NCBI GenBank assembly: GCA_963796415.1 | Contig: CAWCLR010000019.1 | Location: forward strand, 84,928 to 148,927 | Length of the DNA: 64,000 bases | From: an uncultured Acidimicrobiales bacterium | GTDB taxonomy: Bacteria > Actinomycetota > Acidimicrobiia > Acidimicrobiales > VFJN01 | Direction: 5' to 3' | Shown here: one piece after another, positions 56,180 through 64,000 of the stretch | Layout: every line of letters begins with the position of its first letter | Position numbering within the stretch: position 1 is the stretch's first letter | Made by a program: the position numbers and the translations under genes | Notes under the pieces: generated by a model | The model's database searches: none | The model's input: only the letters and a program-made list of their open reading frames with translations | Told to the model about the DNA's origin: nothing

Positions 56180-58670
56180 TGGCTGACGTACCCACAGACG
56201 GCGCCGGCAACGGCAGCGCGGGCGACGACAACGGGGTCGAGCGCGGTCGACTTGCGATCGAGCCCATCGAGATCCAGGAGGAGATGGAGAACTCCTTCCT
56301 GGACTATGCCATGTCCGTCATCACCGCCCGGGCCTTGCCCGACGTGCGCGACGGCCTCAAGCCCGTGCACCGCCGGATCCTCTGGGCCATGTACGACATG
56401 GGGGCCCGACCCGACCGCAGTCGCGTCAAGAGCGCCCGGGCAGCGGGCGAGGTCACCGGCAAGTACCACCCGCACGGCGAGGGTGCGGCCTACGACGCGC
56501 TCGTGCGCATGGCGCAGGACTTCTCTCTGCGCCACCCGCTGATCGACGGCAAGGGCAACTTCGGTTCGCCCGACTTCGGCCCGGCAGCGGCGAGGTACAC
56601 GGAATGCCGGCTCGCGCCGATCGCCATGCGGATGCTGCAGGACATCGACGAGAACACCGTCGACATGCGGGACAACTACTCGGGCGAATTCCAGGAGCCC
56701 GCCGTCCTGCCGTCGCGGTTCCCCAACCTGCTCGTCAACGGCAGCCAGGGCATCGCGGTGGGCATGGCCACGAACATCCCACCCCACAACCTGGGCGAGG
56801 CGATCGACGCGGTCGTCCACCTGCTCGACAACCCGGGGGCGACGGCCGACGACCTCATGCAGTTCGTCAAGGGCCCTGACTTCCCGACCGGTGGGCTCAT
56901 CATGGGCCGCGCCGGGATCATGGATGCGTATCGCACCGGCAAGGGCTCGATCAAGGTGCGCGCCCGTACCGAGATCGTCGAGGGCACCGGCCGCCAGCGC
57001 GACCGCATCGTCGTCACCGAGATGCCGTACCAGACCTCGATCTCGGCCACGGCCAGCAAGATCAAGGAGCTGGTCGAGGCCCGCATCGTCGAAGGCATCG
57101 CCGACGTCAACGATGAGTCAGCCGGTGGCGACACCCGGCTGGTGATCGAGCTCAAGAAGGACGCCCCGGCGCTCGTCATCCTCAACAACCTCTACAAGCA
57201 CACGCCGCTGCAGACGAACTTCGCGGTCAACACCGTGGCGCTGGTCGACGGCGTGCCACGCACGCTCAACCTCGTGCAGATGCTGCGGGCGTACGTCGAT
57301 CACCAGGTCGAGGTGATCCGGCGCCGCAGCCAGTTCCGACTCGACAAGGCCCGCAAGCGCGCCCATCTGGTCGAGGGCCTGCTCAAGGCCATCAACGTCA
57401 TCGACGAGGTCATCGCCCTCATCCGTGGTTCCGAGGACCGCGCCGCGGCCCGGGTCGGCCTCATGGCCGAGCCGTTCGAGTTCTCCCTCGACCAGGCAGA
57501 GCACATCCTCGACATGCGGCTGGGGCAGCTCACCCGCCTGGCTCGCATCGACCTCGAGACCGAGATGGAGAGCCTGCGCCAGACCATCGCCGAGCTCGAG
57601 GGCATCCTGTCCGACGATGCCCAACTGTTCGCGGTGATCAAGACGGAACTGGCCGATGTCAAGGAGCGCTTCGCCGACGAGCGGCGCTCCGAGATCACCT
57701 ACGACATCGGCGACATCGACATCGAGGACCTGATCGACGACGAGGAGCTGGTCGTCACGATGTCGCAGCGGGGCTACGTCAAGACGGTCCCGTCCGACAC
57801 GTTCCGCAGCCAGGGCCGCGGGGGCGCGGTGTGGCGGGGGCCAAGCTGCGCGACGACGACTACGTCACGGACATCCTCACCACCACCGCTCACGCGTACC
57901 TGTTGTTCTTCTCGACCCGTGGGCGGGTGTACCGGCTCAAGGCCCACGAGATCCCCCGGAAGGACCGCACGGCCCGCGGCACCGCCATCGTCAACCTGCT
58001 GCCACTGCAGCCCGACGAGCGCATCCAGGCGATCATCGACACGCGCGACTACGAGACGCACCGGTTCCTGTTCTTCGCCACCCGCAAGGGCCAGGTGAAG
58101 AAGACCAAGTTCAACGAGTACGACTCGTCGCTGCGCAGCGGTCTCATCGCCATCAACCTGCGCGACGACGACGAGCTCGTTCGGGTCATCCCCACCAACG
58201 GGGGCGACGACATCTTCATGGTCGCCCGCTCGGGCATGACGATCCGGTTCTCCGAGGACGACGTGCGGGCCATGGGCCGGGCCGCCGCCGGCGTGCGGGG
58301 CATGAAGCTGCGCCCCGACGACGAGGTGGTGTCGTGCGACGTCGCCCGCGACGACGTGGCGCTGCTCCTGGTCACCAACGCCGGCTACGGCAAGCGCACG
58401 CAGCTCGACAGGTTCAATACCCAGGGTCGCGGCGGCCAGGGCGTGCGCGGCATCAAGCTCACGGCCAAGAAGGGCATCGTCGTGGCCGCCTTCATGGTCG
58501 GCATCGACGACGAGATGATCGTGATCTCGTCGTCCGGCACCCTCATCCGCATGGCGGCGCGCGACGTGTCCTCGCAGGGCCGCGACGCCACGGGTGTGCG
58601 GGTCATGAACCTCGACGCCGGCCAGTCCGTGGCCGCCGTCGCACCGGTCCTCACCGCCGACGACGAGTGA
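56179..58670 (+). CDS. gyrA: DNA gyrase subunit A; frame disrupted in a G5 run at 57820-57824
   Basis: Contains DGLKPVHRRIL, KSARAAGEVTGKYHPHGE and an active-site Tyr region. After ...FRSQGRGG the frame shifts, and the C-terminal beta-pinwheel continues as GRGVAGAKLRDDDYV... in ORF 57831..58670. Confidence 0.92.
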
Positions 58671-58812
58671 TCGTCGCCGGCTGACGCATCGCTGGCGCCG
58701 GGGGCACGCGCCCCCGGCGAGCGGCGATCTCCCCGCCTCGGCGGGCTCCTCACTTCCCCTCACGCACACCGAAGGAGACACACGCGCCCGGGCGGGCGTG
58801 GGGAGGTGACCG

Positions 58813-59493
58813 ATGTCGGTCGACGGCATCAGGCGGGCGGGGTCAGGTCCGGCCCGCGATGGCGGGCAGGCGACGCCGCTGGCGGCCGCGATGGTGGCGG
58901 TCGTCCTGGCCGCCATGGTCGGGCTCGTGCCCGTGGGGCGCGCCCTGGCCGACCGGGCTCATGCCCGCACGGCGGCCGACGCCGCCGCGCTGGCCGGGGC
59001 GGTCGAGGGTGAGGCGGCGGCGCGTGCGCTGGCCGAGGACAATGGGGCGGAGCTGCTGGCGTTCCGCCGGAGTGGCACCGAGGTTGTGGTCCGGGTCCGG
59101 GTCGGCGGAGCCGACGCCTATGCCCGGGCGCGGGCGACGGGGGCCCGTCCCGAAACGGCGCGCACGAGCCCGTCCGCAGGGGGCGATCGCGCCGGCCTGG
59201 CCCCCGCGATGCTGGCTGCGTTGGCCCGTGCCGACGGGCTGCTGGGCCGGCCGGTCCCGGTGGTATCGGGCCTCCGCACCCGGGCCGAGCAGGAGGCCTT
59301 GTGGGAACGCCGCCACGCCAACCCGTACCCCGTGGCCCGGCCCGGCACGTCCGACCACGAGCGCGGGCTGGCGGTCGACATCGCCCGTTCAGACGTCCCT
59401 ACGGTCCTGGCCGTGGCCGCGCAGGCCGGCCTTTGCAGGCCGCTGCCCGACACCGATCCGGTCCACTTCGTGGTGTGTCCCGGCGCTGGTTAG
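58813..59493 (+). CDS. TadE-like (Rv3654c-type) N-terminal domain fused to an M15 (VanY-like) peptidase domain
   Basis: N-terminal TM plus AHARTAADAAALAGA...ALAEDNGAELL, a TadE-like pattern. C-terminal SGLRTRAEQEALW, GTSDHERGLAVDI and DPVHF zinc-peptidase motifs. Confidence 0.65.
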   Translation: MSVDGIRRAGSGPARDGGQATPLAAAMVAVVLAAMVGLVPVGRALADRAHARTAADAAALAGAVEGEAAARALAEDNGAELLAFRRSGTEVVVRVRVGGADAYARARATGARPETARTSPSAGGDRAGLAPAMLAALARADGLLGRPVPVVSGLRTRAEQEALWERRHANPYPVARPGTSDHERGLAVDIARSDVPTVLAVAAQAGLCRPLPDTDPVHFVVCPGAG

Positions 59494-59564
59494 GCGGGGG
59501 CCGACGCTGCGCACCCGGTCACCTGCAGTTCAGGTCCCCGACCAGGTGCCGTAGACTCGCGCCG

Positions 59565-60530
59565 ATGCCGGCCGACCCTCGCGGAGTCACCACCGACGAC
59601 GAGGCCCAGCCGGGCAACGGTGGCGACCCGACCGCTTCGCCCGCTCGTCCCAACGGGGGCGGTGTGGGCGATCCCGCGACCTCGCCGCCGCCGGCCGCCT
59701 CCTCGCCCGAACCCCCGACGACGGGTACCGAGCCCGGCCCGCGTGGCGGTACGCCGGCACCAGCCGAGGCCCCGGCGGTCGACACCGTGCCGCCGGCCCC
59801 GACCCTCGACCCGCGCCCCGACGGAGGTGGTCTGGTCACGGCCGAGCCGCCGCCGGCGCCGGTGCTCGAGCCGCCGGGCCCAGCACCGATCGGCCAACCC
59901 CCGTTGCCGCCGGCGCGGGGACGCCTCCGTGGTCGGCACCTGTCGGGCCGGCCGTCGCGGCGCGACCGTGCGTCGCGGCGCGGCCTGCGCGTCGACCAGC
60001 GCCTGTGGTCCATCGACCCGTGGTCGGTGTTCAAGGTGTCCGCCCTGTTCTACTTCTGCCTCGGGCTGATCATCCTGGTGGCGGGCACCCTGCTGTACAA
60101 CGCCGGTCGGTCCGTCGGCACCATCGACCAGTTCGAGAGCTTCGTCACCCGCATGGGTGCCTACGGCGAGTGCGTCCCCACCGCGGAGGTGCCCGAGGGC
60201 ACCCGCTTCGAGGAGGACGAGGAGAACTGCGACCAGGGCGAGGTGCTCGTGGGCGGGTTCGTGCTCGACGACGGCCTGCTGTTCCGGGCGGCGGCGATCG
60301 TCGGCACGATCCTCGTGGTGGCCGGGTCGATCGGGAACGTGCTGCTCACGGTGCTGCTCAACCTGCTCAACGAGGTCACGGGCGGGCTCCGGCACACGGT
60401 CATACGCGAGCCGGTCGCACGACCTCCCGGAGGGCCCCCAGAGCGCCGCCCCGGACGCCTCTCGGCACGCGCGCCTGCGGGCGCAGGGCCCCGGCGCCCG
60501 GGTTCGCCGGGTCCGCCACCGCAGGGATAG
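59565..60530 (+). CDS. DUF3566-like membrane protein (Rv0007 position) with Pro-rich N-terminus
   Basis: Contains WSIDPWSVFKVSALFYFCLGLIILVAG...VLLTVLLNLLNEVTGGLRHTV. Synteny gyrA - this gene - tRNA-Ile. Confidence 0.75.
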   Translation: MPADPRGVTTDDEAQPGNGGDPTASPARPNGGGVGDPATSPPPAASSPEPPTTGTEPGPRGGTPAPAEAPAVDTVPPAPTLDPRPDGGGLVTAEPPPAPVLEPPGPAPIGQPPLPPARGRLRGRHLSGRPSRRDRASRRGLRVDQRLWSIDPWSVFKVSALFYFCLGLIILVAGTLLYNAGRSVGTIDQFESFVTRMGAYGECVPTAEVPEGTRFEEDEENCDQGEVLVGGFVLDDGLLFRAAAIVGTILVVAGSIGNVLLTVLLNLLNEVTGGLRHTVIREPVARPPGGPPERRPGRLSARAPAGAGPRRPGSPGPPPQG

Positions 60531-60549
60531 AGTTTCTCCCCTTGCCAGC

Positions 60550-60623
<74 letters not shown>

Positions 60624-60818
60624 CGTCTCGATGACGAGAGAGCGAGGTGAGCGGCACATGCCAAGTCATAGTTGCGGCACTGATCGCCGTTCACCCGTTC
60701 CCCATCGACGTATCGCCGGTCGCTGACGCGACCAGGCACCGCACCGGCTGGGGGCCGAGTTCGGCGTGCGTGCCCACTGTGCATGTGCGCGCCCACCCTG
60801 GAAACAGGGAGGTTCGAA

Positions 60819-61889
60819 ATGCGCTACGCCTTCGAGATCGAGGCGGACGCCGGGATGCTGCGGGAGGTCACCCCCGACACGGGCGGTGTCACCGTGTTCG
60901 CGGCCCCGAGCGAGATCGAGCAGCAGCTCTTGCACGACGCCATGGGCGTCGACGACCACACGATCGCGTCGGTCCTCGACCCTGAGGAGATCTCCCGCCT
61001 CGAGCTCGACGCCGCCACCGAGCGGATCACGATCATCTGGAAGCGTCCCGATGCACGGGCCGACCGCGACGCGGCCCGGTTCGAGGTGGCATCCGTCGGG
61101 GTCTTCCTCGACCCCGGACGGCTGACCGTCGTCCTGGCCGACGGCAACCCGCCGATCGATTGGATCGGGCTCGCCCCGGTCCGGTCCCCCGTCACCGTCG
61201 CTCTGCGGGTCCTCCAGGTCGGGGTCGACGAGTTCCTGGCCCGCCTGCGGGCGATCCGGCGGACCGCCGGGCAGATCCAGGCGCGGCTCAGCCGCACGTT
61301 GGACAACCGTGAGCTGGTGCGGATGTTCGACCTCAGCGAGGACCTCCTGTACTACGTCGACGCCATCGAGGCCAACGGCGTGGTGCTCCGGCGCCTGCGG
61401 GGCGTGGCTGACCGGTGGGGTTTCACCGAGGCCGACGTGGCGATCCTCGACGACCTGCTCATCGACAACGACCAGGCGGCGCGCCAGGGCCACATCTACA
61501 GCACGGTGCTGGGCGGTCTCCTCGACGCACGCGGCAACATCGTCAACAACAACATGAACGTACTGATCAAGAACCTCACGGTGGTGAACGTCGTGTTCCT
61601 GCCGCTCGGCGTCATCGCCTCGATGGGCGGCATGTCCGAGTTCACCGCGATGCTCGGCGACTACGGCGTCGGCTGGCGCGTCGGCTATCCGGCGTTCCTG
61701 ATCGCCATCGTGCTGCTGGGCCTGTGCCTGTGGCGGGTCATCGGCGCGTGGATCGACCGCAGCATGGGCAACGGCTCGGGGCCCGCGGCGGGCGCGCCCG
61801 TGCCGGCCCCCGCCGCGGTCGCGGATCACCCGGACGACGGCGTGATCGCCCGAGCGCGCAACGACGGGCCCGTCGACGCGCACTACTAG
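60819..61889 (+). CDS. CorA-family divalent cation transporter with GMS in place of GMN
   Basis: Cytoplasmic N-domain and two C-terminal TMs. Signature position reads ASMGGMSEF (GMS at 61629-61637). SD AGGGAGG lies upstream of the ATG at 60819. Confidence 0.75.
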   Translation: MRYAFEIEADAGMLREVTPDTGGVTVFAAPSEIEQQLLHDAMGVDDHTIASVLDPEEISRLELDAATERITIIWKRPDARADRDAARFEVASVGVFLDPGRLTVVLADGNPPIDWIGLAPVRSPVTVALRVLQVGVDEFLARLRAIRRTAGQIQARLSRTLDNRELVRMFDLSEDLLYYVDAIEANGVVLRRLRGVADRWGFTEADVAILDDLLIDNDQAARQGHIYSTVLGGLLDARGNIVNNNMNVLIKNLTVVNVVFLPLGVIASMGGMSEFTAMLGDYGVGWRVGYPAFLIAIVLLGLCLWRVIGAWIDRSMGNGSGPAAGAPVPAPAAVADHPDDGVIARARNDGPVDAHY

Positions 61890-61898
61890 GGTGCGGCC

Positions 61899-62036
61899 AT
61901 GGCACTCCTCCGACGTGCGCTCGCCGCCGTGGGCATCGCCGGCGTGATCGCCGCCGTCCTCCGGCTGCGCGGATCCGGCGGCACGCCGCCCCAGTCCGGG
62001 GGCTGGCGCGAGCTCAGCGGCCCCGACCTGCGGTAG
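61899..62036 (+). CDS. Candidate 45-aa single-TM peptide
   Basis: MALLRRALAAVGIAGVIAAVLRLRGSGG... The stop TAG overlaps the GTG of the next gene by 1 nt. Confidence 0.35.
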   Translation: MALLRRALAAVGIAGVIAAVLRLRGSGGTPPQSGGWRELSGPDLR

Positions 62037-63013
62037 TGCGCGTCCTCGTCTGTGGGGCCGGGGCGGTCGGAGCCCGGGCGGCCCGCCACCTCGTGGCCGA
62101 CGCCGGCACCGACACCGTGCTCGTCCACGACACCGACGGCCGTCGCCAGGCCGCCGTCGTGTCGTCGCTGGGTGACAGGGCGCAGGCGGCCGACGAACCC
62201 GACCCGGACCAGGCCGACCTCGTGCTGCTGGCCTCCCCGGCGGCGCGGCAGATGGCGGTGGCCCGTCGCGCCGTGGCCGCGGGCCGGCACGTCGTGTCGG
62301 TGGCCGACAGTCTGGTGACCGTGGAGGCGCTGCTCGACCTGCACGCCGAGGCGCGCGAGCGCGGGGTGGTCGTGGCGGTGGGGGCCGGCTTCGGTCCGGG
62401 GCTGTCGTGCGTGCTGGTGCGGCATGCCGCCGCCACCCTCGACGAGGTCGACGAGATCCACGTCGCCCACCACGGAACCGGGGGCCCGTCGTGCGCCCGG
62501 CAGCACCACGGGGCGCTCCGCAACGCGGGGCTCGACTGGCGCGACCACGCCTGGCGCCGCCGACCGCCAGGATCGGGCCGTGAGCTGTGCTTCTTCCCCG
62601 ATCCGATCGGGGGCTCCGACTGCTACCGGGCGGGCCTGCCCGACGCATTGTTGCTGGTACCGGCCTTCCCGTCGGCGAGCCGGGTCACGGCCCGGCTGGC
62701 CGCGACGCGCCGCGACCGGTTCACGGCCGGACTGCCGATGCTGCGCCCGCCGCACGCCGAGGGCCGGATCGGCGGACTGCGGGTCGAGGTGCGGGGCCGG
62801 CGCGGCCTGGCCCGCGACACGGTCGTCCTGGGCGCGGTCGACCGTCCCGCGGTGGCGGCCGGCACCGTGGCGGCGGTCACGTCCCGTTGGGTGGCATCCG
62901 GCCGGGCGCTGGCGACCGGAGCCGCGGGGCTGGCGAGCCTCGTCGAGCCGCTGCCGTTCCTGCAGGAGCTGGCCCGCGCCGGAGTGCGCGCCGCAGTGTT
63001 CGAGGGCGCCTGA
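62036..63013 (+). CDS. Saccharopine dehydrogenase-like NAD(P)-binding oxidoreductase
   Basis: N-terminal Rossmann VRVLVCGAGAVGARAARHL. 325 aa from the GTG at 62036. Family call is tentative. Confidence 0.6.
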   Translation: MRVLVCGAGAVGARAARHLVADAGTDTVLVHDTDGRRQAAVVSSLGDRAQAADEPDPDQADLVLLASPAARQMAVARRAVAAGRHVVSVADSLVTVEALLDLHAEARERGVVVAVGAGFGPGLSCVLVRHAAATLDEVDEIHVAHHGTGGPSCARQHHGALRNAGLDWRDHAWRRRPPGSGRELCFFPDPIGGSDCYRAGLPDALLLVPAFPSASRVTARLAATRRDRFTAGLPMLRPPHAEGRIGGLRVEVRGRRGLARDTVVLGAVDRPAVAAGTVAAVTSRWVASGRALATGAAGLASLVEPLPFLQELARAGVRAAVFEGA

Positions 63014-63097
63014 CCTGCGCTGGGGGTCGTCCGACCACGCATGCGGGCCGGACGGCCGCGCCCGCGGCTGGCCGCCCCGCCGCTAGGGTCACCCGCC

Positions 63098-63712
63098 GTG
63101 CTCCGCCGCCTCACCCTCGCGCTGTCCATCTCGATCCTGCTCGTTTCGGTCGCAGCCTGCGGCGGCGACGACGCCGGCGGCGCCGCGTCGGGCCCGTCGT
63201 CCGAGGGCGAGGCCCGGACGACCAGTGGCGGCGAGCCGATCGGCCCGGCCGACGAGGGCGTCGAGGGCGTCGAGGCGTTCCGCGTGGACAGCAATGACCA
63301 CACCGAAGAGAACCTCACCTACGATCCCGCACCCCCTACTGGCGGCGAGCACTTCCCGGTCCCCGCCACCTGCGGGTTCTACGAGAGCGACCCGCCGCCC
63401 GACGAGCTGCTGGTGCACGACCTGGAGCACGGCGCCGTGTGGATCGCGTACGACCCCGACCTGGACGCCGCCCAGAAGTCGGCGCTCAGCACGCTGGTGG
63501 CCCAGCAGGCCAAGGTCACCGCGACTCCGTATCCCGACCTCGGCTCGCCCTTGGTCGTCACGGCGTGGGCGCGGCAGCTGCGGCTCGACAGCGTCGACGA
63601 TCCCCGGCTCGTCCAGTTCATCGAGACCTACCGCAACAGCGGCAACGCCCCTGAGCCGAGCGCAGCCTGCCAGGGCGTCGGCGTCCCGTCGGTGGCGTCG
63701 CCCGCGGCCTGA
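63098..63712 (+). CDS. DUF3105-like lipoprotein
   Basis: Lipobox LVSVAAC. Contains PPTGGEHF, HDLEHGAVWIAY and VTAWARQL, typical of DUF3105. Confidence 0.7.
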   Translation: MLRRLTLALSISILLVSVAACGGDDAGGAASGPSSEGEARTTSGGEPIGPADEGVEGVEAFRVDSNDHTEENLTYDPAPPTGGEHFPVPATCGFYESDPPPDELLVHDLEHGAVWIAYDPDLDAAQKSALSTLVAQQAKVTATPYPDLGSPLVVTAWARQLRLDSVDDPRLVQFIETYRNSGNAPEPSAACQGVGVPSVASPAA

Positions 63713-63727
63713 CGACCACGCGCCTGG

Positions 63728-64000
63728 TCACACGGTGACGTGGGCGCGCCAGTCGGCCAGGATCGATTCGTCGCCGAACACCTGGAGGCCGTCGGTGCCC
63801 CGGCGGTTCCACAGCAGCAGCAGCAGGTCGGACACCGGACCCCGGACGGCGACGTCACCCTTGGCGTGCTCGTGGGTGAGCGCGATGCCCTCGGGGGCGA
63901 CGGTGATCGACCACTCGCCGGCCCCCTCGACGTCGGCGAGGTCGGGATCGGTGGCGTGGAGGTGGATCGTCTGACCGGTGCGCGGCAGGTCCCCGGTGCC
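63728..64000 (-). CDS. Partial CDS (C-terminal 90 aa): mycothiol-dependent maleylpyruvate isomerase/DinB-like family
   Basis: My translation of the minus strand is ...GDVAVRGPVSDLLLLLWNRRGTDGLQVFGDESILADWRAHVTV, with the stop at 63728-63730. The LLLLLWxRR...GD...W pattern fits the TIGR03083-type C-terminus. The start is outside the window. Confidence 0.55.
   Translation of the reverse strand, partial: GTGDLPRTGQTIHLHATDPDLADVEGAGEWSITVAPEGIALTHEHAKGDVAVRGPVSDLLLLLWNRRGTDGLQVFGDESILADWRAHVTV

Noticed and set aside
49622-58670. Programmed ribosomal frameshifting or genuine pseudogenisation as the explanation for the dnaA and gyrA frame breaks
   Set aside because: Both genes are essential. The breaks sit in G/C homopolymers with no slippery heptamer or downstream structure that I could see. 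Five further indels occur in unrelated genes in the same 64 kb. Sequencing or assembly error is the simpler explanation.
60624-60818. Possible Mg2+ (M-box) riboswitch or integrated element between tRNA-Ile and the CorA-like gene
   Set aside because: I could not recognise M-box conserved cores by eye. No integrase gene or repeat of the tRNA 3' end was noticed downstream. Only an Rfam (RF00380) scan could decide, so no feature was called.

Overview
High-GC (about 70%) actinobacterial chromosomal replication-origin region. The class is uncertain; gene order resembles the Mycobacterium ori neighbourhood. All family assignments come from motifs I recognise in the translations; no database search was run.

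Genes left of the origin, mostly on the minus strand:
- rpmH-rnpA-yidD-yidC-jag-rsmG, then a ~1 kb spacer, then parA-parB
- trxA/trxB and an ECF sigma/anti-sigma pair
- a Ser/Thr kinase, DegV and a DUF6049-like protein
- a CCA-adding enzyme
- an ino1/PadR/DUF5318/class A PBP block, and panB
- rpsF-ssb-rpsR-rplI-dnaB

Genes right of the origin, on the plus strand:
- dnaA, oriC, dnaN, recF, DUF721 (DciA-like), gyrB, gyrA
- a DUF3566-like protein, tRNA-Ile and a CorA-like transporter

Notable observations:
- dnaB carries two inteins.
- Four 16-bp parS palindromes sit in the apparently non-coding parA-rsmG spacer.
- DnaA-box clusters flank dnaA, with an AT-rich unwinding element before dnaN.
- Two M15 (VanY-like) peptidase domains occur in unusual fusions, one to HAF repeats and one to a TadE-like domain.
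- An apparently active kinase occupies the syntenic MviN position without a MurJ domain.
- Ribosomal protein S18 has a (GDR)7 tail.
- At least seven frame disruptions are present, including in the essential genes dnaA and gyrA. At least four sit at short G/C runs. This points to assembly indel errors rather than real pseudogenes.
- Many long opposite-strand or off-frame ORFs in the supplied track are high-GC shadow ORFs and were not called.
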